Part shown: positions 25,401-38,851 of the stretch, piece after piece
Numbering within the stretch: position 1 is the first letter of the stretch
Layout: each line of letters opens with the position of its first letter
NCBI RefSeq assembly: GCF_006345805.1
Contig: NC_043022.1
Span: 12,772,001-12,836,000, forward strand
DNA length: 64,000 bases
Origin: Octopus sinensis
Taxonomy: Eukaryota
Direction of reading: 5' to 3'
Program-made: the position numbers and the translations under genes
The notes under the pieces: generated by a model
The model's database searches: none
The model's input: the letters and a program-made list of their open reading frames with translations, nothing else
What the model was told of the DNA's origin: nothing

Positions 25401-28400
25401 TAACCTCTCTCTCTCTTTTCTCTCTCAGTCACTCACTACAAAAAGTGAATAAAAAAAGTTCAGTTATTTCTGTCTTTCACTCTGTCTGTCTCTTTACACA
25501 CACTAACAAAAGCACTTCACTTACACACCACACTTTCTGTGTCGCACAACCCATCAAACACACACACACACATACACACACTCACGCACGCACACATGTA
25601 CATCAATGCTTTCGGAGTGAAATGTTAAAATATTGAGTTTTCTCGAATTTTGTCTTAATTGGGGGTGAAATTGAAAGAAATATATTATGGCATGACCGAA
25701 TGGAGTACTTTGAAAAATCTTAGGTAAACTCTAATTGAAGAAATTGTGTGAGGAGTAAATCGTTATGTATTTATTTGTTTCTGTTTGCTGTGTTTTTTTA
25801 TTTTTTGAGTAGTGGTTTAAATACTTTCAGTTTAGTCTTCCTCAAATCACTCTGTCGCTATTTACTTTCATTTTATTCGTTGCACACCGTGTGTGTGTGT
25901 GTGCGTGCGGTGTAAACCACATTAAGAAAAGCATTTGACATACACACCAGAATGTGAGTTTTCTGTAAATTTTGCTTAATTGGAGTTTAAATTTTAAAAA
26001 CTGGACCTGGCATGACCCGATGCATTCTACTCTTAAAAATGCTAGGTAAATTGTAATTGAAGAAATCCTATATTGTAGATTTCTATAAGTTACAAAGGGA
26101 GGCAGATAAAATCTGCCTTTTATAATAAGAGATACACAGACATGAAATATACATATTAAATAATTTCAAAATATTACTATTTGGTTTAACTTCATTATTA
26201 CAACTTAGACATGTTGATGTCCGTACAAACTAACCAGTCCAGACTCTACTTACACAGATACACCAACAAGCATTTGGAGTAGTTTGTTATATTTGACTCA
26301 ATAAGTACTAGGCTCACAAAAGAATAAGTCCCGGGGTCGAGTTGCTCGATTAAAGGCGGTGCTCCAGCATGGCTGCAGTCAAATGACTGAAACAAGTAAA
26401 AGAGTAAAAGAGTACAATGCCTAGCTTATAATCATAGCACAAAACACACACACACACACAAAGAGGTAAATTCTTCCATAATCAAATCTTTTGGGAGCAG
26501 TTCAATCACTTCCCTCTCTAATAAATGCCTGACAGACCAGCATGAACATCACAACATTCATCTGCCATTCTTGTCAATACATACCTTGTTCTTATTCACA
26601 CTTCAGATGGTTGCAAGACCCAGCTGTTATTAATGCTTATTACAACCCAAATACTAATGATATTGGTAAGTATGTTTATTTCTCTAATATTCTATTTCAT
26701 AACTCCACTCCTTTTGTGTCTGTATGTACACACACACACACTTGTTTAGTGTTGCTTGTTGTAAGAGAACTGAATACCATAGTAGAGATTAAAACTATAT
26801 TTTATTTTGGAATTCATTTGGGGGAGAAATATGCTTGAAAACTAGAAAATGGAAATTTCTCTCTTTGAGGGAAAAAGAAAGTGTTTCCTGTCTTGATTCA
26901 GGATGCTAGCTGTAGCTAAACTACATGTCCTAAAATGTGTCAACTTGACCATGCAACCAATTGCACTGTCAAGCCCTTAAATTTACGACTAACCTCTCAA
27001 TTAACATCACCTATCCTATGATATTCGACCTTGACAAATTACAGTAAATATCCCAAAATATGTAGCCTTGATCTTGACTTGACCTATTAAACAATCTTAA
27101 GATTCTTTCTCCAGTGCAATTCTTTAACTTGGAAATTTGTTTTTATTTTCAGTTTTTCCTGCCGGAATACTACAGCCTGTCTTTTACAGTAACTCCTATC
27201 CAAAGTAAGTAATGCTTAGATATTGAAAATATAGCAACATTCTGGTTTATCACTCAGGAACACCATCCCACATGAAAAATAAAAAAAAATAAAATTTATT
27301 ATTGCAATTAGCATCTAAATGCTACTTAATTAAATGACAGGGAAAAGAAAACATCAGCATGCTAACTAATATTGTGTTTTTCCCTCCTCTCTTCTCTCTC
27401 AATTGCTGAATAGTCGATGAAGAAAAAGAAAAAAGAAAAATACATTCCATGAATATCTGTAATTATTTTCCAATAATAAGAAATGTCTTGCTTCATAAAA
27501 TATTTAATTTACTTTAATTTAGGTACTTTGGATTATACCATGCTGATGATTTCTAATAAGAATGAAATAGTGTTATACATGATTACCCGAGACTAGAGAT
27601 TTTTAACATCTTTGTAAAGAGGAAGGAAAAAGAAAATTAAACATGTATATTCTTTGTAGCTGCTTTCTTGGTCTTTGATTTAAAATTGAAATATCTAATT
27701 CCACCAGCATCTATCTAGAAACGATTATCTCCCTTACAATAACTAGCCACCAGGGCGCACCATATGCTTTTAACATTTTATTAACTGTGTTAACACTATT
27801 AACTTTATGATTATTTTGATAGTAAAGCAGGAATTAAACATAATCATGAATTAATTAAAATTATACCTTTAATGAAGAGAACATTCATTATTTGCTTATT
27901 CATTTTTACGTCTGTTTTTCCTTGCCAGCATGAGTTAGATGAGTATATTATTGAGGCATGGTTTTTACAGCTAGACACAATTCATGTTTCTAAACTACCT
28001 GTCTTTCAAGGAAAAGTTCTCTTACTTTACATATTTTTGAAGGAGTAAAACTTTTCAACAATTTGTCAACATAGGTGTAGGAGTGGCTGTGTGGTATGTA
28101 GCTTGCTTACAAACTACATGGTTCTGGGTTCAGTCCCACTGCATGGCACCTTGGGCAAGTGTCTTCTACTATAGGCTCGGGCCGACCAAAGCCTTGTGAG
28201 TGGATTTGGTAAACAGAAACTGAAAGCCCGTCATATATATGTATATATGTATTTGTATATGTATGTATATATATATATATATATACATATGTATGTGTAT
28301 ATGTGTTTGTCCCCCAACAACGCTTGACAACTGATGGTGGTGTGTTTATGTCCCCCGTAACTTAGCGGTTCAGCAAATGAGACGGATAGAATAAGTACTA

Positions 28401-31400
28401 GGCTTACAAGGAATAAGTCCTGGGGTTGATTTGCTCGACTAAAGGCGGTGCTCCAGCATAGCCACTGTCAAATGACTGAAACAAGTAAAATATATATATA
28501 TACATATATACACACACAGATAAATAAATAAATGGTGATAGGCTTTCGAGGTTTTTGCCTGCCAAATCCACTTACAAGGCTCTGCTCAACCCAAAGCTAG
28601 ACAGAAGATAATTGGCCAAGGTGCCGTGCAGCGAGACTGAACCTGAAACCCTGAAGTTGGGAAGTAAACTTCCAAAACCTCCCGGCCATGCCTGAGCCTA
28701 TCATTATAATGATTAATTTTGGTGAAGAAAGGCAAATGAGATAATCCTGGCATTTGTATTAGTTTACATTAACAATAGAATGTAATGAGAAGTGAGTTGT
28801 TCTGATGATTTTGTTTCTCTAAAATTCCTCTCTTCCTCTGGCCCCCCTTACATACTGTTGTACTCCCTGATAACAAACCAATTTCATCTTGTAGGTCTCT
28901 GAATTACGGTGGAATCGGTATCGTAATTGGGCATGAAATTACGCATGGCTTTGATAACAGAGGTAAGTAGAAGAATTGCTGTGGAATTATCTGATTTACA
29001 ACTTTAGTTGATATATTACACACACATACATACCTACATATGTATACATTCTTGTACAGTTAGTTAGCAATTCTTCCACCATTGCTCTCTCTCTCTCTCT
29101 CTCTTTCTCTCCATGTAAATATATAATTATCATCATTATAATCTAATGTCTGTTTTCCATGCTCACATAGATTGGATGGGTCCTCATGATCAGAGTCACT
29201 TCCCACTGAGAGGCTCTGAAACAAGTCTAAATAGACCTCACATCCTGATACTTGGTGTGAGAAGAAAAAGAGGGGAGTGAGATTACCCTTAAGGTCACAA
29301 ATCTTTTTTCTAATTTTAAATACAACCTTCTAAAAGCTGGATATACTAAATAAGCACAACCCCGGTGATTTCACCAGGAAGTCACTCTTGTACCGTGATG
29401 ACTTCCACTGGTACAAAAAGGCAAGTGTGTTGTTATTCAGTGTCTTCATGGGGAGTTTACAATGGGGCTGTAGTTGCAGCCCCCTCACTGTATTATTTAT
29501 CCTGGATGCTCATAAGAAGTTGATATTCCCTCTATAGCTCAGCACTGTACACTGATAATGGCCTGGCAACTTCAAATGACATAAAGGCTATGACTAGTCT
29601 TTGGATAAATTGGGAAAGAAATTGATAGGAATCTTCTGGGACTTTGGTTAAAACACAAACATCACACCAGTTTATCAAAAGCTAACTTCTTATACATTAC
29701 TCTTGACCTTAAGAGAGGCATGTGTACTATCCCTAAAGAAAGTCTGATGAGGAGACTGAATACATTCATAGGGATTCTAACCACCTTCAGCTTTAATTTG
29801 TAATTTAGTAGTTGGTATTAGTAGAAGATTCTCTAATCTATCCTTGGATAAAAACATGTTTGTTTGAAAATAGGTGAGGGTTAGTGACAGGAAGAGTATC
29901 TGGGCATAAAAATTTTGCATCAACAAATGTTGCCTGACCCAAAGAAGCATGAAAAATTTGACATTAACATTAGAGAGAGGTGGGGAGGACAAACAGACAG
30001 ACATAGGTGTGACTGTGTAGTGCCTAACCATGTGGTTTGGGATTCAGTCTCACAGCTTGGCACCTTAGGCAAGCATCTTGTACCATAGCCCAACGCCAAC
30101 CAAATCCCTGTGAGTGGATTTGGAAGATGAAAACTGAAAGAACCCCATCTTGTATGTGTGTGTGTGGCGGGGGGGTACCTTTGTCTAGACATCACATGAC
30201 AGTTGTAAACAAGCAGCACCGTCAGTCAAGCAGAGTTCTCCATTTCCAGTATTCCACAAAAACATGTCCAACCATGAATAAATATTTCCTTGCTTGGAAA
30301 CGAAGGTTGGCAACAGAGAGGGCATCCAGCCATAGAAAATTTGCCTCAACAAATTTTGTCTGATTCATGCAAGGATGGACAAGTGGACATTAAATGTTTG
30401 TGTATGTAAGTATAAATGTCTCTTATTATGTCGACTTACATATATAAACAACTTAAACCAATACTTTTTAGTAGAATACATGTTTATTAAATTTTTACAA
30501 GGTAAAAGTTGACAGTGACTTTAGACTTTCTGTTTACTCACCTTAATCAGACTGATGAAAGTGACTAATTCATATATACTTATTTACGGTTCTTATCATA
30601 TGTATATGCTTTTAGGGTCCCCTACTCTATACACACAGAGACATTAAAATAATGTAAATAACTCGCCCAGTTACAGAGTTATGATGGTTCAATGATGGAA
30701 CAACATTGGTGCTAGAATTGAGTGATGCTGGTTTAAGGATGGAACAACACTAGGGCAATAATTGAGTGGCTGGATGCCCTTCCAGATACAGAAACTCCAC
30801 CTCAACAAATTCCATCTGACCCATGCAAGCATGAAAAAATAGACGTTAAACCAATGATGTGACAGACAGACAGAGCGATAGATAGATAGATAGGATATTT
30901 AATTGGTGTCTGTCTAAAGAAAGCATATCCAATATCATAGTGTAGATTAATAATATTCATATTATGGACTAGTCAGAGCCTTGCTTCTCTTGGCAGACTA
31001 GCAACAGACTGACTTAACCAAAGTATAAATATTACAAGAACACACACACATTTTCAGTCCAAATGAGTTTTCTACCTAAGATTTACATGTTATTATTTAC
31101 AGCTTTATTTACTGCAAGTTCCACATTGAACGATGGAGGATGGACGGACAGACAGACAGACTGATAGATGTGACAATAATAAAACCTTTTTCCATATTCC
31201 GAATATTTGTTACAATTTATCAATTGTTGATTTGATCAGATGTATTTTGATGAGATATTTTCTTGGTTGATAACAAGTCACTGCTTCTACCCACACATTC
31301 ACTACAGTTGTGAACAAGAAATCTTAGAGATGAGAGTTAGAGAATTTTATGCGTAAGAACCAAAAATAGTGTTATGGTGAACTTTTGACTCCTGAACACA

Positions 31401-34400
31401 GACTAATAAATGGGGAATATAAACTGAGAAAGACTGGAAGAATGCGAAAAGTGTCTGAGATGGGAAAAATATTTCCAAATTATAAACAAACAACTCAGCA
31501 TTTACATATGTGTATATGTACATGTGTAAGAGAGTGTGTTTACAGAGGTGTGTGTATGTGTGAATACGTGTGTTGAAAATATAAACATGTTGAAAAGTCT
31601 GTGGGCTGAACTAGAAAGTTCTCATGTGGAAGGGTAGAGTAAGAGAAATTGTATAGCATTCTGGGAGAGAGAACTTTGGAACAGATACAGCATCCAGCTA
31701 GAGTGCTGAGAGGTGAAGAAGACAGATAGGGAAAGACAGGGAATGGAGATGTTGATGCCAGCAAGCTGTCAGACCAAATGTAACATTGTAAAGTTCAGTA
31801 GAACCTATAGGAGTGTGTAAATCACATTTAATAAGGAACAAATGAGTTTACACAAACAGAATGTTTTATGAAGACAGCAGAAGAATTTCTCAAGTGAAAA
31901 CTTGCGGAGTAAATAATTTTAAAATTGTTGATTAGTAAATGTGGGTGTTTTGAAGGTAAATTACCTACAGACTGGCAACAAACCAGTTCAACCATTGACT
32001 ACAAAACTACATCAATGTAACAAATTGTATAATACCAAACTAAACAATAGAAGCTGTACATGTAAACACCTGCTGCTCTGAGATGTTTTATCATCATCAT
32101 CATCATCTTAACATCTACTTTTTCATGCTTGCATGGGTCAGATGGAATTTGTTGAATCAAATTTTCTATGGCTGGATGCCCTACCTGTAGCCAACCCTAT
32201 AATACCAAACTAAACAATAGAAGCTGTACATGTAAACACCTGCTGCTCTAAGATGTTTTATCATCATCATCATCATCTTAACATCTACTTTTTCATGCTT
32301 GCATGGGTCAGATGGAATTTGTTGAATCAAATTTTCTATGGCTGGATGCCCTACCTGTAGCCAACCCTATAATACCAAACTAAACAATAGAAGCTGTACA
32401 TGTAAACACCTGCTGCTCTAAGATGTTTTATCATCATCATCATCATCTTAACATCTACTTTTTCATGCTTGCATGGGTCGGATGGAATTTGTTGAATCAA
32501 ATTTTCTATGGCTGGATGCCCTACCTGTAACCAACCCTCACATATTTCCCAAGTAACACAGTATTTCCCCATGGCCAGACGGTTTTTGTGTGTTTCTTAA
32601 ATGGCTTATAAACACCTTCCATACTGCAATTGCTTTCATTCCAGCACAGGATCTCAGATCAGATCACTTGCTATGCAAGTACATCTCCGTAATATTTTAC
32701 TAAGTTTTTCATTATTTTCAAAATTAATTGAAACAAATATTAATATTTCAATTATTTTCAAAATTAATTGAAACAAATATTATATATTTCACAAAAATAT
32801 GGTAAAAAAAATTATATTGAAAATATGGTGTAATATTTTGTTTTAAGATGTATAAAGACTTCATTAAATAAGTGGTTCACCTTCAAAGACAAAAATACAA
32901 AACACACCTGCAGACACATATCTTTGATTATTACAGGTAGAAAGTTTGATAAAACTGGTAATTTGAAACAATGGTGGAAGAATGAGACTATAGAGGCTTT
33001 TAATAAGAAGGCACAGTGTATGATAGACCAATATTCCAGTTTTGTCTTGAAGCAAGCTGGTTTAAAGGTGAGTTTAACAATCTCTTGATTAGTTAAAGGT
33101 AAGTTTAACAAAATTGTTAATTTAATTTAATGAGGTTTTTTTTCCTACTTTAATAGAGATGTTAGACTTCTGTTTATGCATAGTTTGAGTCCATTACCTT
33201 CATCTGGAAGTGTTGATAGTGGTAGCGGCGAGCTGGCAGAAAGGTTAGCACGCTGGGCGAAATGCGTAGCCGTATTTCGTCTGCCGTTACGTTCTGAGTT
33301 CAAATTCCGCCAAGGTCGACTTTGCCTTTCATCCTTTCGGGGTCGATAAATTAAGTACCAGTTACGCACTGGGGTCGATGTAATCGACTTAATACCAATG
33401 TCTATCCTTGTTTGTCCCCTCTGTGTTTAGCCCCTTGTGGGTAATAAAGAAATAGGTATTATCATTGTGGCCATCATCAACATCACCACCATCATCAACA
33501 CTACCATTATCACAAACATCCTCCTCCTCACCACCACCATCATCATCATCAGCTTCATCATTTTTGTTATCTTCATCCCTGTAATGTACTCTATATTTCA
33601 GATAAGAGGTATAAACACACTTGGAGAAAATATTGCCGACAATGGAGGTTTGAAACAAGCTTACCAGGTAGGAAATTATCGTTATTAAGATGATGAGCAG
33701 GCAGAGGCATTAGTATGCTGGACAAAAGGCATAGCAGCAATTTGCCCATCTTTGTGTTCCGAGTTCAAATACTGCTGAGGTCAACTTTGCCTTTCATCCT
33801 TTCAGGGTCAATAACACAAGAACCAGTCAAGCATTGGGGTCAATGTAATCAACTTAGACAACTCCCACGAAATTGCTGGCCTTGTGACAAAATTTAAGAC
33901 CTTGCAGCAAGGCAGTGAACTGAGACAGAATCATTAGCATGCAGGGCAAAATGCTTTTTGGTATTTTGTCTGTCTTTATGTTCTGAGATCAAATTCCACC
34001 AGAGTTGACTTTGCCTTCCATCCCTTCAGGGTCAATAAAATAAGTACCAGTCAAGCACTGGGGGCAATGTAATTGACTTAACCCATCCCCTGAACTTGCT
34101 GGCCTTGTGCCAAAATTTGAAACTATTATCACTATTATTATTATTATTATCAAATTCACACAGCAAAGCTACATTTCATGTCCGCTCCCAGAATTTTGTT
34201 TAAAAAAAATTAACTGTTTCACTATGAATGGCATTATCTAACCATTTGGACCATCTATGCCAACAATGGGATTAGTAGAATGGTCTAACCATCTGGTCTT
34301 TCTGTACTATGATATAAGTAACAGAGCAGTTTAATAGTTTGGTCTATCTCTATCAGTGATCTATGAACAGTAGGGGTGTGGTTTGCAGACTTGTCTATCT

Positions 34401-37400
34401 ATGGCAGTGATTCTCAACTAAGGTCCATAAAACCCTTAGGGGTCCACATAAGATTTTGTTGCTAAAGTTTATGTGCAATAAATTTGTTATACTTTTACAA
34501 ATAGTTTTACAATTTTTTTATACAATTCCTTTATAATATTTAATTGTAAAAATATAACCAAATTTTTAAAGCATCGATTGCTTATAGGGGCCCATCTGAG
34601 TAAAATAAGAATCAAAGGGCCCCAGAGGTTAAAAAAATTGTTGAGAACAACCGATTTATGGTCTATCAACTGTGGATATCTGTTTCTGTTCTCTAGTCTT
34701 CTATTTTTATCTCACCCAGGCCTATCAACAGTGGGTCGCCGATCATGGGGCTGAACCACCATTACCAGGGCTCAACCTTACCCATGAACAACTGTTCTTT
34801 GTTAACTATGCACGGGTAAGTCAAATTCTCTTTTTTTCTTTTTTTGTTCATTAACTATGGTTGATACATTAGAAACATTTTATTGTTTTGTTTTATTTAA
34901 AACAGGTTCAGGGTGGTTGTGTTGTTGAGAAGTTTGCTTCCCAGCCATGTGGTCCCAAGTTCAGTCCTACTGCACAGCACCTTGGGCAAGTGTCCTCTTC
35001 TATAGCTCTGGGCTAACCAAAGCCTTGCGAGTAGATTTGGTAAACAGAAACTGTATGGAAGGTGGTGAGCTGGCAGAAACGTTAGCACGCCGGACGAAAT
35101 GCTTAGCGATATTTCGTCTGTCATTATGTTCTGAGGTCAAATTCCGCTGAAGTCAACTTTGCCTTTCATCCTTTCGGGTCAATAAATTAAGTACCAGTTA
35201 CGCACTGGGGTCGATGTAATCAACTTAATCGTTTTGTCTGTCCTTGTTTGTCCCTTCTATGTTTAGCCCTTTGTGGGCAATAAAGAAATAAGAAACTGTA
35301 TGGAAGCCCAATGTTTATGTACGTGTGTGTGTGTGTGTGTGTATGCTTAACTTACATCTTCACCATTGGTTTAACATCCACTTTTCCATGCTTGCATGGA
35401 TCAGATGGAATTCATTAAGGCAGTTTTTCTATGGCTGGATACCCTTCCTGTGGCCAGCCCTCATCTGTTTCCAAGCAAGGTAATATTCTCCGTTATGTTT
35501 TTCAAGGAAGACTAAAAAACAACATTTCTTGCATGATGGTGAGGCTCGTTTACATCTCCATCACATGATGTCAAGACAAGGATACACACAAACACAAACA
35601 CGTACAAACACACACATATGACAATCTGCCTTCGGTTTCCATCTACCTTCTGTGTGAAAAGTCTAGCTGCATCCGAAAAAATATATATTATGAAACAAAA
35701 ATAAACACAAAATTTATTACACGAATCTGTTACTACCACGACAGTCAACTATTTGACACCGAACACGAGTTTGATGTTGAATACATCCACGAATTTTCTG
35801 CTCAGATAGCTCTTCCCAAGACTGCAAGACAGCTTCGTGCAATTCATGCCTCGTTGTAGGGTTTTTCAGTTCAACTTTATCGGCCAAAATTTTGAAAATG
35901 CCTTCATCTAATGGATTCCACGTGTAAACATGTGTTGAATAGAACTCACTGAATAAATCTTAATTAACTGTGTTGTCAATTGTATGCACCTGACATATGC
36001 TAACGTGTATGCAGCCAGACTTTTCACACAAATATGTTCGCAGAGCTTTGGTTGACCCAGGGCTATAGTAAAACACACTTGCTCAATGTGTAAGGCACTG
36101 GAACTTGACCCAAAACTACAGGGTCAAAAAACAACATTTTTAACTACACAGCCATGGTGGGGCCAAAAACTGGCAGAATCACTCACACGTCAGACAAAAT
36201 GCTAACATTTTTTCTGGCTCTTTACACTGAATTCAAATTCAACTGATGTTGGCTTTACCTTTCATCCTTTCAGATTCGATAAAACAAGCACCAGTTGAAC
36301 ACTGGGGATTCATGTCTAGCCCCCTCCTCAAAATTTCAGGCCTTGTGCCTATAATAGAAAGGATGAAGATTATTATTATTATTATTATTAAGGCAGCAAG
36401 CTAGCAGAATTGTTAGTATGTGGGGTGAAAAGCTTAGTGACATTTTGTCCATCTTTATGTTCTGAGTTCAAATTCTGCTGAGGTCGACTTTGCCTTTCAT
36501 CCTTCTGGGGTCAATAAAATAAGTACCAGTTCAGCACTGGGGTCAATGTAATTGACTTACCCCCTCCCCCACCAAATTTCAGGCCTTGTGCCTATAATAG
36601 AAAGGATTATTGTTGTTATTGTTCTTGAGAGACAGAGATGTGGGAAGGATTTTGTGAGTCTAAGATTTTTGGCATTAAATTGTATTGGTTTTGGATTTAA
36701 CAAACCTTGAATGTGTTTCTTATTCAAAGATTTGGTGTGGAAAAATGAGAGATGAAGAAGCCCTAAACCAGATTCGGACCGAAGTACACAGTCCAGGACC
36801 AATAAGGTACATTACTGTCTGTCTATAGTTACACTTTTATCTATATCTACTGATAGATGTGGAGGCACATGGCCTAGTGGTTAGAGCAGCGGACTTGGGG
36901 TTGAGGGATCGCAGGTTTGAATCTCAGACTGGGCAATGTGTGTGTTTATGAGTGAAACATCTAAGCTCTATGCAGCTCTGGCAGAAGGTAATGGTGAACT
37001 CTTCTGCTGACTCTTTCACCACAACTTTCTTTCAATCTTTCCTCCTGCATCTTGCAGCGCATCCCGTCCAGGTGGGGAACCTATACGCCAAGGAAACCGG
37101 CCCTTATGAGCCAACCACATGGTCCCAGGTTCAGACAGAAACTAAAAGAAGCCAGTCGTATATATGTATATATATATGTGTGTGTGTGTTTGTGTGCGTG
37201 TGTATGTGCATACATACACAAACATTAAGTTCCACTAACCAGAAACTGACTCTACACAGTAAATTCAGGAATCCAGATACATGCCCACTAAACCAAGTAT
37301 TCATGGTTACCTCAGTTGTCTAAGAAGCTGAGGTTACTTCCAGTCTGCCAAATAAGGAGCTTGAAAGAAGGTGGCTTGTAAAAGAGTTACTCCATCCTTC

Positions 37401-38808
37401 AGTCCTCTTTCAGGCACACAGACAAAAAGAATAGTTCAAAGCTTTCAAGTAACATCTGGAAGCTCCAAGGCAGCAGTATACTACAAAACATTAGGTGGAA
37501 TATTTTGGAAAGATCAAAGACACTGAACCAAAAAAATGTAGATCCTGTGACTGAAAGAGCACACATACTCAAAGAACAGTAGAGGTCAGAGATATTTACC
37601 AGGTGTATGTATCTTGACAAATTTCTGTTGTCAAGTTGGAGGACACCTCACCATGTTAGACACACCTTTCTCTTATTTAAATAACCCTGCTAGCCATAGG
37701 TTTTGACATTTTCATAATGCTATGCCTATACACTAAAAAATTACACACTCATTAATGACATTTATTTTCAAAGATAAAACATATTACATCACTCATCTCT
37801 ACATCAGCATAAACAGTATTATTTCTTTGTAAGTCTTTGCTTTTTTTTTTGACAAATCCCAAGCTTTGATTAAGGGATTTAACTTAGCATTCAAGAACAA
37901 AATTATCCCTGTTCTCCTAAGAGCGCTTTTGTTTTTTAATTTTTCCCCATTTTTTTTCACACTTTTTCCACATATTCTCATTGAGCAGTCATGTTATATA
38001 AGCCTAAGTGATTACTGGATTGTACATGGTACACTTTATTAAACTACAGATGAATATTGTTCTTCTCAAGTATGAAAAGTTGAAGTAGCTCACCCATTCT
38101 CTATTTATTAAATGATAACTATACACAAACACAAACACACACACACACACATTTACATGTATGGGAAAAAGTAGATATACAATTGCTGAGCATGAATGGA
38201 ATGTTCTTTATATTTCTTATCCTAAAAAAGAAATAAGGAAGTGAAAAGAACATTCCATTTATATTTAGCAAATGTACACCAACTTCTGTCCACCCCTGGG
38301 ATGGACACATTTGTGTGTAAGTCACACCCTCTAATTTAGTGTTAAATCCTGGCACAAAATTTTTCCTCTCCGTGGTTTTAGCTTTGTGTTTTTTATCCCA
38401 TGTATAAGTCAAATCCTAGTTTTGGTCAGTCAAAACCAAGTATAATTCAGTGCAACACATACATGAATAAATACAGTGTGTATGTGTGTGTGTGTGTGTA
38501 TATATATATTTTATTGCATTTCATTTCATTTGAGTCCATGCTCAGGCCAAGTCGAAACTCCACCCTCAGAGTCTGGTGTGGTTGCCAGGTTGTATTCTCT
38601 GTTTAATTTTGACATGTGTAGGAGCGAGTTTGAGTCAGTTTGTGCTCGTTGTGTATATCCTGGGAGATGGGGTTCATCTCTAATGGTGCTTAAGTATCTA
38701 TCCAGCTGCAATTTGAATGATTCTACACTGCATCCTGATAGATTTCTGACATGTACCGGAATGGAGTTGAATAGTTGTGCTCCTCGAACCAACAGACTTG
38801 ACTCTCGC

Positions 38809-38851
<43 letters not shown>

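Noticed and set aside
29744-29765. CTGATGA hammerhead-like core
   Set aside because: No GAAA or closing stems follow; it is part of the Penelope RT coding remnant ([10 protein letters not shown]).
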